Shown piece by piece: positions 48,296-57,113 of a stretch of 64,000 bases of DNA. The stretch covers positions 17,792 through 81,791 of the forward strand of contig WQYD01000002.1 in the NCBI GenBank assembly GCA_009781445.1. Reading direction: 5' to 3'. Below the pieces are notes generated by a model. That model was not told the origin of the DNA and ran no database searches. It saw only the letters and a program-made list of their open reading frames with translations. The stretch comes from Bacillota bacterium (GTDB lineage: Bacteria; Bacillota; Clostridia; Christensenellales; DTU072). The position numbers and the translations under genes are program-made. Numbering within the stretch: the first letter of the stretch is position 1; every line of letters begins with the position of its first letter.

Positions 48296-51200
48296 ATGCT
48301 TAAAGGAATAAACAAGAAAATTAAATACGCACTTATCTTCGTGCTTTTGCTTGCTTCGTTCGTAGTTCCTTTAACCGTGCCTGCCATTTCACATTCTTTA
48401 GGGGAAACGGCTTTGGAGGCAACGCCTGCCTACGGTGCAAGCGTTGAGGGAGCCAAAGGTTTAAGTGGCCTCTTCGGAAGTAATTCCGAAGAGGTAACTC
48501 AAACCGAAATTAACAATTTTGTAATTTACATTTATTTCAGCAATGAAAGCCCCTCAGTTTTTGATAATTTCATTTCAAATCAAGATGAGTTTTTTAACGG
48601 CGAAAATTCGCCGTATGATTATTTCAGCGAAGTCACATATGACGCTTTAAGCGTTTATTCGGTTTTGCCAAAAATGGATAACGGGGCTACATATTTGCAC
48701 CAAGCAAGCAACACCCGCACGCATTATGATGTCCGTGATAATAATTCTATAAATAGGCGCACGCGTGAAGCAGAACTTTTGTTTTCAGCCACATATTCCG
48801 CCATGAATTATTTTGATACCGAGGGCTTAACGCTTGGCACAACCACAAACGGGCAATATATTGATTCCGTTACCTATGTAATCAGCGGTTTGCCTGCAAG
48901 CGGTGATAATGCTTGGGGCGGGCTTTTGTGGCCTCACGCTTGGGATTTAAATTCGCTAAAAGGCAATTACAGTGGCAGTGTGCCTATTAACAATATAAGG
49001 ATTGGCGGTTTGCCTGTAAAAGATTTCGCGCTTGTGTTTGCAGATGAGGCAAACACGCGTTCCACGCTTATTCATGAAATTTGCCATGTGCTTGGCGCGC
49101 CCGATCTTTATACTTATAGTGATGCTTATGATTATGTTTCCGTGGGAAATTGGGATATTATGCACTGGAACAAAACCCCACCGCAATATCCCTTAACCTA
49201 TATGCGCGAAACATATTTGGGCGGTTTGGGTGCAAATCAAGTGCAAACCGTAACGAACAGCGGGCATTTTTCCTTAAAACCCGTTACAACCGCGCAAAAG
49301 CAAGATATTCTTGCATATAAGATTCCCACCGCCGATCCTAACGAATTCTTTTATGTGGAACACAGAAACAAAGAGGCTTCGCAGTATTACGATACTGTTT
49401 TAGACGGTTCGGGGCTAATTATTTACCGTGTGCGCTTGGGCGTTAAGGACGGAAACGCGCAATCAAGGCTAAGAAGCACACAATACCCGTACGAGGTTTT
49501 TATCTTCCGCCCCTCTGTTTCAAATCTTCCTGATAATTTTAGAAGAAGCCAAGAGGATATAAAGCACGCGCACCTTTCACCCAATAACAGCCGTTTTAGT
49601 GCCGTGGGCAAAAGCCTAACCGAACGCCCAGCCACGGCAGGCACTTACGATTACGGCACGCTTTTCCTAACAAACGGCGCGAACAGCGGAATCAAGATTA
49701 ACGCTTATGCAATTTCAAATGATAGGCTTGATTTTACCATTAGTCTTAACGGAAGCGATATTCCCATTGATTTACCCCCCGAAGAAATTATTTTAAACCA
49801 CCAAACCATAAATATCGCCCTTGGTGTGAATGAAAATGATTTTGTACTTAGCGGTGAGGTTTTACCAAGCGTTACCCAGCATAAGAACATTATATTTGTT
49901 TCCTCAAATGAATCCGTGGTTACAATTTCACCAAGCGGTGAGATTACGGGAATATCTGAGGGAAGTGCGGTAATAACCGCGTATGTTGAGGGATATGAAG
50001 AAGTTTTTGCCACTGTAGAGGTTACCGTAAGCAACCTTAAGGAACTTGAAGCTATTGAGTTTTTTTGGGACAGTTTAACCGTTTATAAGGATTCGGATAT
50101 TTCCCTAATGCTTAAATACCTGCCCGAACCTGCGGATATAAGCGGTTGGATAGTAACCTTTTCCACAGCGAACCACGCAATTTGTGAGGTGGATTCCCTT
50201 TCAGGTAAGCTACTTCCGCGTTCGGTAGGCACGGTAATTATAACCGCCACGGCTGTGAAAGACGGAAGCACTTTAACCACCCAAATTGAAATAACGGTAA
50301 TTGATTCAAGCCCGATTTTTGATTACACGGTAAGCTGGGAATTTTACAGCGAACCAATTAAAACCTATTTGTTCGGTGAGGGCTTTAAAATCGGCGGTTC
50401 GCTTCTTTTAACCAAACTTAGCGGGGGTTCGGTGGTTCACGAAATCCGCCCCCAAGATTTATATATCTTTAACACAAACGCACTTGGCACTTCAACCGTT
50501 ACATTGCGCGTTGTGCCTGCGGGTGAGGAAAGTCGCCCCCCGATTGAGATTCCGTACACCATAACCGTAGTGGACGGGGTTGGCGGTATAAGGGCAAATT
50601 TAAATAAAACCGTGTACGACTTTGGTGAGGATATAAATTTACTTGCCGAACAAAGCGGTTTAATTCTTGTTATGCTTTCGGGCAAAGAGGAAACTTCGTC
50701 CCTTATTCTTGCCGATATTATTGGTTATCAAAAGTTCGTTTTGGGATTCCAAACAATCATAATCAAGTACACAAACCCCGTAACAGGTGAGTTTTTTGCG
50801 GAACAAACCGTAAATGTTACCATTAACACGGCAGAACTTGTGATCACCCCCACAGGGGCAGACGAAGGCGGTGTTTTCCGCTATATCGCGGGTTCACCCC
50901 TTGGCATAATCGGCTTTGGAATTGATGTGGTTTATAAAGGAATAAGCCACACGGCATTTAATGGCGATACCACAAAAAACATTTGGTTTATCCTGCCCCC
51001 TTCTTATTATATGACGGCAGGCACTAACACATTTGCCGTGGAAGTTAGAATCAAAAGCACCGTAGCCCTTGGCTTTATGAACATAGGGCCTATCAATGTT
51101 ACCGCTGAGGGCATGGGCGTAACGGCGGTGGAAGTTAAGGGTGGCGGTGAATATCTTTTTGGCGAAAATATTAACGATATTCACCTTTTAATAACTCTTG

Positions 51201-52825
51201 ATTCGGGCGAAAAGATTTCGTTTTACCCCGAAACGCCTGAATATGATAAAAACCTTACCGATATCTTTCAGCCCTATAAATTTAGGTACGGCGGTGTGGA
51301 ATATAGCTTTAATATAATTATTTATGATAATCCGATAAGTTTTTTACCAATAAGTAGCCAAACAATTAAATTCGGCGAAACCCCAAGTATCACCGTTTCT
51401 GTTTTGCTTGCAAGCGGAAAGAATAAGGTTTTAACCACGGAAGAATTTGTGTTAAGTTATGATAAATCCCTTGGCACAAAGCAAGCACAGGTTACATTAA
51501 GCGGAACAAAATTTACTATTCCGCCCCTAAATTTCACCCTTACAATTACCGATGCCGTTAAAACGATAACTCAAATAACAGGGATAAATACTCAGGTGCG
51601 CTTCGGTGATATTTTCAGCTATCATTCGGTGTTTAAATTAACCATGCTTTCAGGCGCGGAAGAAGAAACTGAATTTTCACTAAATACCTTTGAAATTATA
51701 AATGCGCTTGATAGCTTTGTACTTGGAATGCAAACCGTGAAAATTAAGTTTAAGGAAACTAACGCGGAATTTTCTTATGAGGTTTTTGTTAAAGATTTCG
51801 TGGCAAGTTTAAGCGTAAGCACTGCGTCTAAAAGCCTTTATATTATCGGCGAAGGCTTGGTGATTTTTGTAACTAAATTTTGGGCTACGGGCTACGAAGA
51901 AGCAATGTTCTTAAGCGAATACGATCATGATTATGATATTACGGATAGGCGGATAGGAAACCGCACGGTTAAAATTTGGCTAAGGGAAGATAGTAGCGTG
52001 TTTGTGAACTTCCAAATTGAGGTTGTGGATAAGGTTACCGCCGTGAATATCGTGAATGAGGGCTTAAAGAAAGAATTTGAATTCGGCGAAGCGTTTTCAT
52101 TCCTTGGCACAGTGGTGGCTACTTTCGGCGCAGGCGGAAGCAAAACATTTACCCACGAAAATATAAATGAATTTAACATTAGCTATAAGCACACGCAAGC
52201 AGGGCTTCAAAATATCACATTTGAATTGGGCGGGGTTCACTCACGCACCATGACGGTGTCTGTTAAACCGCCAAATAACAGCAATATCCTTTCGCTGTCC
52301 GAGGACGCGGACGCAGGGGTTAAAATCAACCACGGCACAGGTGGCGCACCGCTTATCCTGCTTCCCAAATTGGCAGGTTCTTTAGAACTTTTAAGTTTTT
52401 TTGTAACGCACACAGGAATTTATAGGGTTTCTTTTGCAGATTCAAGCGGTAATCTTTTGAGTAGCACGCAGGAAATCAAGGTTTTGCCTGTGGGCGCGCA
52501 CCTTGTGATTGAAAACCTAATGGGCGAAATTGTAAGAAAGTATAGGTTACATATCCACGGCGATGCCAACAATGACGGTGTGTTTGACGAAAATGACTTG
52601 GTGCAACTAATGCGCAGATATTTAATCGGGGACGGCATACTGGAAGTGAACGATTTTTCGGGCAACGGCACATTTGAATTAACTGATTTAATTAAGTGGG
52701 CAAGGCGCGCGTCAGACGAAAAGACGGCTAACTTACCTCAAAACGGTAACCGCCAAGAAGTAACGCTTATCACCACAAATGTGAGGAAAAATGACAAGGG
52801 GGGCGAAAATGAAAGCGAAACTTAA
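48296..52825 (+). CDS. Secreted M6-like (immune inhibitor A-type) zinc metalloprotease with Big_2 and Big_3-like Ig repeats and a C-terminal dockerin
   Basis: Signal peptide KYALIFVLLLASFVVPLTVPAIS. HEXXH motif in TLIHEICHVLGAPDLY (49073-49087), with GLLWPHAW upstream, as in M6-family domains. Two Big_2-like units and about 7-8 Big_3-like units (Y.FGE....G). Dockerin: DANNDGVFDENDL ... DFSGNGTFELTDL (52552-52710). Confidence 0.8.
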   Translation: MLKGINKKIKYALIFVLLLASFVVPLTVPAISHSLGETALEATPAYGASVEGAKGLSGLFGSNSEEVTQTEINNFVIYIYFSNESPSVFDNFISNQDEFFNGENSPYDYFSEVTYDALSVYSVLPKMDNGATYLHQASNTRTHYDVRDNNSINRRTREAELLFSATYSAMNYFDTEGLTLGTTTNGQYIDSVTYVISGLPASGDNAWGGLLWPHAWDLNSLKGNYSGSVPINNIRIGGLPVKDFALVFADEANTRSTLIHEICHVLGAPDLYTYSDAYDYVSVGNWDIMHWNKTPPQYPLTYMRETYLGGLGANQVQTVTNSGHFSLKPVTTAQKQDILAYKIPTADPNEFFYVEHRNKEASQYYDTVLDGSGLIIYRVRLGVKDGNAQSRLRSTQYPYEVFIFRPSVSNLPDNFRRSQEDIKHAHLSPNNSRFSAVGKSLTERPATAGTYDYGTLFLTNGANSGIKINAYAISNDRLDFTISLNGSDIPIDLPPEEIILNHQTINIALGVNENDFVLSGEVLPSVTQHKNIIFVSSNESVVTISPSGEITGISEGSAVITAYVEGYEEVFATVEVTVSNLKELEAIEFFWDSLTVYKDSDISLMLKYLPEPADISGWIVTFSTANHAICEVDSLSGKLLPRSVGTVIITATAVKDGSTLTTQIEITVIDSSPIFDYTVSWEFYSEPIKTYLFGEGFKIGGSLLLTKLSGGSVVHEIRPQDLYIFNTNALGTSTVTLRVVPAGEESRPPIEIPYTITVVDGVGGIRANLNKTVYDFGEDINLLAEQSGLILVMLSGKEETSSLILADIIGYQKFVLGFQTIIIKYTNPVTGEFFAEQTVNVTINTAELVITPTGADEGGVFRYIAGSPLGIIGFGIDVVYKGISHTAFNGDTTKNIWFILPPSYYMTAGTNTFAVEVRIKSTVALGFMNIGPINVTAEGMGVTAVEVKGGGEYLFGENINDIHLLITLDSGEKISFYPETPEYDKNLTDIFQPYKFRYGGVEYSFNIIIYDNPISFLPISSQTIKFGETPSITVSVLLASGKNKVLTTEEFVLSYDKSLGTKQAQVTLSGTKFTIPPLNFTLTITDAVKTITQITGINTQVRFGDIFSYHSVFKLTMLSGAEEETEFSLNTFEIINALDSFVLGMQTVKIKFKETNAEFSYEVFVKDFVASLSVSTASKSLYIIGEGLVIFVTKFWATGYEEAMFLSEYDHDYDITDRRIGNRTVKIWLREDSSVFVNFQIEVVDKVTAVNIVNEGLKKEFEFGEAFSFLGTVVATFGAGGSKTFTHENINEFNISYKHTQAGLQNITFELGGVHSRTMTVSVKPPNNSNILSLSEDADAGVKINHGTGGAPLILLPKLAGSLELLSFFVTHTGIYRVSFADSSGNLLSSTQEIKVLPVGAHLVIENLMGEIVRKYRLHIHGDANNDGVFDENDLVQLMRRYLIGDGILEVNDFSGNGTFELTDLIKWARRASDEKTANLPQNGNRQEVTLITTNVRKNDKGGENESET

Positions 52826-53336
52826 AGTTTTACTAATTATATTGTTGCTTGCCGTGGTAGTTTCTTCCCTAACTGCCTGTTTTGAAGAAAAATCCTCAAA
52901 TAACAATAACAACAAGGGCGGTAGCACAGAATTCGGGCTATCGTTTGATTACCAAAAGCCCAATGATTTTTTCAATATAAAGGTGGATAATCTTAACCGC
53001 CACTTTTCGGGTGAACAAAAAATTTACGGAATAAGTTTCAAAATTAAATTTAACGGGGCGAACTTTAATACCCTTAACCCCCTTGTGCCGTCCTCAGATT
53101 TCTTAACCCAAACGGATTGGGACGCACAAAAAGGAATGCTAAGCGTGGTAATTATATCAAAAGACGGCTATACCCCGATAACCGAATCCGCGCTTACCGC
53201 AGGCATGATAGTGCGCATAAGGTTCACCCGCATTCAAGGCGTGGCAGTTAACACCCTTTCCCTTGAAGCCCTCACCCTTTCAGACGGGGTTAAGGATATT
53301 ACGAGGCAAGGGGCGGTTAGTTTTAATCTTAATTGA
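52809..53336 (+). CDS. Small lipoprotein with a cohesin-like domain (candidate anchor for the dockerin of the upstream protease)
   Basis: The ATG at 52809 follows AAGGGGGG. The signal is MKAKLKVLLIILLLAVVVSSLTAC (lipobox LTAC), followed by a Ser/Asn linker. The beta-rich body (IYGISFKIKFNGANFNTL ... GMIVRIRFTRIQGVAVNTLSLEALTLSDG) resembles the cohesin strand pattern. The fold assignment rests on resemblance only. Confidence 0.55.
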   Translation: MKAKLKVLLIILLLAVVVSSLTACFEEKSSNNNNNKGGSTEFGLSFDYQKPNDFFNIKVDNLNRHFSGEQKIYGISFKIKFNGANFNTLNPLVPSSDFLTQTDWDAQKGMLSVVIISKDGYTPITESALTAGMIVRIRFTRIQGVAVNTLSLEALTLSDGVKDITRQGAVSFNLN

Positions 53337-53520
53337 AATTAAGATTAAAATGCGTAACGCATGAAGATATGAAGACGCTACGCTTGTGAAGACGGCTTCG
53401 CCTTATGAAGTGCAGGCAAGCCTGCATGGTGGATTATTATATATAAATATTCCGCAATTCGTACTTCGTACCTTGTACTTCGTACTTCTAAATAATGATA
53501 TTTAGAATCCGCCACTATAC
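53337..53520. repeat. Composite intergenic repeat: short hairpin/ATGAAG units, TCGTACT-type array, anchor plus ATACCCT array
   Basis: TGCGTaACGCA and TGCAGGcaagCCTGCA hairpins are interleaved with (T)ATGAAG(A) x4. Then ATTCC GCAAT TCGTACT TCGTACC TTGTACT TCGTACT, followed by anchor AATAATGATATTTAGAATCC (53491-53510) and ATACCCT ATACCCC. Confidence 0.8.
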
Positions 53521-53632
53521 CCTATACCCCAAAAAAACAAATTCACTCGGTAGCATAAATTCGGTGGCGGAAATGTATTCGCCCGCTTCAACTGTTTTAC
53601 ATTAAAAACTTAGAAATTTTTTAGCCAACCTA

Positions 53633-53661
53633 TTGACATACCCTATTGAATAGGGCATAAT
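53633..53661 (+). promoter_or_regulatory. TA-module promoter (TTGACA-17 nt-CATAAT) with a perfect palindromic operator CCCTATTgAATAGGG in the spacer
   Basis: TTGACA is at 53633-53638, the palindrome at 53641-53655 and CATAAT at 53656-53661. The toxin ATG is 6 nt downstream with no Shine-Dalgarno. An extra half-site CCTATTGA sits at 53628-53635. Confidence 0.55.
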
Positions 53662-53667
53662 ATATAA

Positions 53668-54015
53668 ATGAAACGACTTTTTGTTAGCACAAGCATATTT
53701 GATAAGGATTGGGAATTTCTTAACCTTAGGGATAAAGAACTTAAATTGCTACAAGAAACTATATTGTACGACCCAAAGCAAGCGCCAGTAATTCAAAAAA
53801 CGGGCGGGCTTCGCAAAATGCGCTTTCCGCTTCCAAACAGGGGCAAGAGCGGAAGCATTAGGGTGATTTATGCAGACTTTGAAGAATTTGAGATTACTTT
53901 CCTAATTACGGTTTATGCTAAAAACGAAATGGACAATATTAGTGAAGAGCAAAGGGTAAAACTAAAACGCTTGTATGACGAACTAAAGAATGTTTTAAAA
54001 GGGGGCAGAAAATGA
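53668..54015 (+). CDS. Type II toxin, RelE/HigB-like (toxin-first gene order)
   Basis: 115-aa ORF with GGLRKMRFPLPNRGKSGSIRVIYADF ... ITFLITVYAKNEMDNISEEQ, the pattern of RelE-superfamily (PF06296-like) toxins. It overlaps the antitoxin by 4 nt. Confidence 0.75.
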   Translation: MKRLFVSTSIFDKDWEFLNLRDKELKLLQETILYDPKQAPVIQKTGGLRKMRFPLPNRGKSGSIRVIYADFEEFEITFLITVYAKNEMDNISEEQRVKLKRLYDELKNVLKGGRK

Positions 54016-54314
54016 ACATAGGCGATAAAATACAAAAAGGGCTTGAAGAAGCAATAGAATTTGCAAAAGGCAACACAAAATTAAAAACAACAACGCGCGC
54101 AATACCAGATGTTAGGTGTTTTTCTGCTACCGAAGTAAAAGAACTTAGGGAACATTTGGGTTACACGCAATTTGCTTTTGCAAAAATGCTTGGTGTTTCA
54201 AATAAAACCGTTGAAGCATGGGAAAGCGGGAAAAACACACCAAGCGGTTCGTCAAGCCGTTTATTAGAATTGTGGCAAAACAGCCCCGATATGATGATTA
54301 GGGCTTTCGCATAA
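54012..54314 (+). CDS. XRE-family HTH antitoxin (HigA/MqsA-C-terminal-like)
   Basis: 100-aa ORF. LREHLGYTQFAFAKMLGVSNKTVEAWESGKNTPSGSSSRLL is a classic XRE helix-turn-helix. It is translationally coupled to the toxin. Confidence 0.75.
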   Translation: MNIGDKIQKGLEEAIEFAKGNTKLKTTTRAIPDVRCFSATEVKELREHLGYTQFAFAKMLGVSNKTVEAWESGKNTPSGSSSRLLELWQNSPDMMIRAFA

Positions 54315-54480
54315 AGCGCATTAAATGCGTTGCAGTTAAATTCACTTCGTGAGTGAAATTTGCCTTACGGCAAGTGTAGGATAAAATCCCAAATAGAACC
54401 CCAAAGGGGTGAAATGTGCATAACCCCGTGCAAGCGGTAGCGTAGCACGGGGCAAGACAAAGAAACACGGATAGAAACAC

Positions 54481-54519
54481 AAAACCCCCCTTTCTGCCGT
54501 TGGCAGAAAGGGGGGTTTT
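54481..54519. terminator. Strong bidirectional rho-independent terminator
   Basis: AAAACCCCCCTTTCTGCC-gt-TGGCAGAAAGGGGGGTTTT is an 18-bp perfect stem with T-runs on both strands. Confidence 0.75.
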
Positions 54520-54553
54520 GATTTGTGTGGGTTAGCTGTGCAAATCGCGCCTG

Positions 54554-54700
54554 CCGTGGGTTTCACCCACGGTTATGCATATCCTGCCCGCTACGGGGCA
54601 GTTACGGATATATAGTATGTTGGCTTGCTTTCCGCTTTGATGTGCCGTGGGTTGCACCCACGGTTATGCACATTAAGCCCCCATGGGGCTTTATGCGATT
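54554..54700. repeat. Hairpin-type intergenic repeats (GC hairpin plus TTATGCA-like tail), 4 units
   Basis: CCGTGGGTttcACCCACGGTTATGCATAT (54554-54582) and CCGTGGGTtgcACCCACGGTTATGCACAT (54645-54673) differ at 2 nt. Each is followed by a second hairpin (CTGCCCgctacgGGGCAG TTACGGAT; AAGCCCCcatGGGGCTT TATGCGATT). Confidence 0.8.
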
Positions 54701-54704
54701 AACT

Positions 54705-54890
54705 AATAATGAGATTTAGAATCCGCCATGTTTCTCGTTTATCGTTTCATGTTTCACTTTTCATTTGGGGCTTAATGCGGATAAATCAATAATGAGATTT
54801 AGAATCCACCCCTGCAACCCGAATCCTGCAACCTGAATCCTCAATAATGATATTTAGAATCCACCATTGTGCGCTGTGCATTGTGCGCTG
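54705..54890. repeat. Modular heptamer-array repeat cluster (3 anchor-plus-array modules, direct orientation)
   Basis: Anchors are at 54705-54724 (GTTTCAT-type array), 54787-54807 (CTGCAAC-type array) and 54843-54862 (GTGCGCT-type array). Confidence 0.9.
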
Positions 54891-54894
54891 TGAG

Positions 54895-55449
54895 TTATTT
54901 AATGCTTTGCATTAAATAAACAAATTCACTTGGCAACATAAACGGCACAGCAGAAAGATAAGTATCTACTTCAGTTGTTTTTTGGAAAAGGCTTTCAAAT
55001 AGCTTTAAATCTGTGTTAAAAATTATTGTGTTTGCTTTGGGGATTGCGTACGCTTCCAAGAGTTCCACGATTTCTTTAATAATCTTGCCTTTATATAAGG
55101 AAAGAGAATCTTCCTTTAAAAAGTTTATTACCGTGGTTTCCGAAAAGGGTTCTTCGCCGTTAAGCAGTGTAACGCTTGCCGTATTATCCTTTATTGTAAC
55201 TTCTATATTCGCGTAGTCAAAATCCTGCTTGGGAAAGGTTTTAAAAAGAATTTCATAATTAAGTTTATTGCAAAAATCCTTATCGCAGGCAAGGCGGATT
55301 CCGCTTTCGGTTTCTTTATCTGTTAAAAACTTTTTATCAAGACGCGAAATCGGCAGGGCAGGGCAGATAATTTTGCACCTTCCGCAAACCCCCGTGCCAC
55401 CGCAGGGCAGGGCTATACCCTTATTTAAAATATCTTCTTTAAGTTTCAT
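54895..55449 (-). CDS. 2Fe-2S ferredoxin-like domain protein
   Basis: 184-aa ORF with a Cys motif PCGGTGVCGRCKI ... IRLACD resembling plant-type/RACo-type [2Fe-2S] domains. The C-terminal part is unassigned. Confidence 0.55.
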   Translation of the reverse strand: MKLKEDILNKGIALPCGGTGVCGRCKIICPALPISRLDKKFLTDKETESGIRLACDKDFCNKLNYEILFKTFPKQDFDYANIEVTIKDNTASVTLLNGEEPFSETTVINFLKEDSLSLYKGKIIKEIVELLEAYAIPKANTIIFNTDLKLFESLFQKTTEVDTYLSAVPFMLPSEFVYLMQSIK

Positions 55450-57110
55450 TAGGGAATAGAGGGAACATGAGTTATGGTTACATTTGTGTAATCAACTTCA
55501 ACATTGGGGGCGGTTTCGGTGCTACTTATCTTAAAAGTTTCGGGTTTGCCGTCCTCACCGAATTCCGCCACGCAATCGGGGCAAAGGCAATTTGGCACTA
55601 CGAATGCGCCTGTGCGGGTTGTGCCGTTAATGTACATATAGCCCGTTTCAAGATTATGTGGCAGTAAAACCGAAACATTATCTTCAATTATAAGGTTATT
55701 GCCGTTTAAATCAAGGTTAAAAACCCTTGTGAATTGAGAATCTTCGGGGATAGTAATTGTTATCGGCGAACCGCTACTTACAAACCTTATTGTGGAATAA
55801 GTGCTTCCAAGCAAAGAATTCACAAGCGCGGGGGTTAAATCAAAATCCGCACTAACTGTGTAATGATAGGTTAAATGAACAAACGCATTAGGGTTGCCCG
55901 AAGCGGCTTGATCAATAACCTCTGAGGGGTTTAGGTTAAACACAACGGCTTTTCTCTCAGGATCGGTAACCGCAGTGTTATAAATGCCAAGTTTGTTAAG
56001 TTTATATAAACTTGCGTCCGTGGCGGCGGAAGTAATCGCGTTGGGTAAATCCTTAAGCCTTGTGTTGCTTGGGATAAGCCCTATTAAACCTGTGTCTGTA
56101 TCGTCAAAAATATCGGCAACGGTAAAGCCCGAAACCGCGTCATTAAGCGCGTCCGCAGTTAAAAATGTTCCGCTTAAAGCCCTCAAAATCGGTTCTTTGG
56201 TAAGATCGTCTTTATCCACATTTAAAAGTTCGCCGATTGTGGTGCTTGCCAAAACGCCCTCAAGTTCCTTATCAATTTCCAAAACCTTTTTATTTTTAAG
56301 TTTGGAAATGATAATGTGGGTATCGGAAGCGTCTGTGTCAAATACTTCCGAAACAAGCAGATTTGAAATATCGCTTGAAAGGTTAGCAATCTTAGAATCC
56401 GCAAGCGCGTTTAAAATTAGGGGGCTTTCGGGATAGGGCTTTATATCTATAACTTGCTTTAGCATTAAATCGTCAAGCAAGTCGTCTGCATTTGCAAGTT
56501 CGGATAAGGTTTTCTTGCCAAAAACCTGCATAACCGCCACAGAGGGGGTGCGCCCACCAAGTTCGCAATCTTCATTATCGTGGGTGCAATCTTCAATCTC
56601 ACAATCGTAAACCACTGAAATAAACCTATCAAGCGCAAAATCATGAATATCTTCAAATGCGTGCAGAACCTTTTGATCTAAAAATACAGGATCACTGAAC
56701 AGGGGGATTTCCGAATCCACAAATCCTATAAAATCAAAAAGCGCACCAACCGTAAACGCGTTAATTATATTGTTAGGAAGTTCTGCAAATGTGCCTTTCA
56801 CAAAATCGTTTGCGTCTATCTTAATTGTGTCTGCAATCATGCGCGATAGAATTTTAACCCCTGCGGTTTCCTCAAACTCTTCTATCGTCATTTTATCAAT
56901 TCCGCCAAAGGCTTCCAAGATTCCAAGCGCAACGCCAAGCGCGCTTAATTTCCGTTCTTCTTCAGTAAAAGTGCCTTTCATTCCAAGCAAATCTTCCACA
57001 TCGCCCACGCTATATCTTGTGAGGATTATGTAACCAGCAAAAGCCACCCCGCCTATAACGAGGGTAATTCCCACCACTATTCCTAATAGAAAAATCAGAA
57101 ACTTGCGCAT
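55449..57110 (-). CDS. Membrane-anchored hypothetical protein
   Basis: 553-aa ORF with a single N-terminal TM (FLIFLLGIVVGITLVIGGVAFAGYIIL) and no recognisable motif. It is co-oriented with and tightly packed against its neighbours. Confidence 0.6.
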   Translation of the reverse strand: MRKFLIFLLGIVVGITLVIGGVAFAGYIILTRYSVGDVEDLLGMKGTFTEEERKLSALGVALGILEAFGGIDKMTIEEFEETAGVKILSRMIADTIKIDANDFVKGTFAELPNNIINAFTVGALFDFIGFVDSEIPLFSDPVFLDQKVLHAFEDIHDFALDRFISVVYDCEIEDCTHDNEDCELGGRTPSVAVMQVFGKKTLSELANADDLLDDLMLKQVIDIKPYPESPLILNALADSKIANLSSDISNLLVSEVFDTDASDTHIIISKLKNKKVLEIDKELEGVLASTTIGELLNVDKDDLTKEPILRALSGTFLTADALNDAVSGFTVADIFDDTDTGLIGLIPSNTRLKDLPNAITSAATDASLYKLNKLGIYNTAVTDPERKAVVFNLNPSEVIDQAASGNPNAFVHLTYHYTVSADFDLTPALVNSLLGSTYSTIRFVSSGSPITITIPEDSQFTRVFNLDLNGNNLIIEDNVSVLLPHNLETGYMYINGTTRTGAFVVPNCLCPDCVAEFGEDGKPETFKISSTETAPNVEVDYTNVTITHVPSIP

Positions 57111-57113
57111 ATC

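Noticed and set aside
54298-54719. Three 60-74-aa ORFs (both strands) downstream of the antitoxin.
   Set aside because: They are composed of terminator and hairpin-repeat sequence, which gives the palindromic Cys/Gly/Pro-rich translations. They overlap each other on opposite strands.
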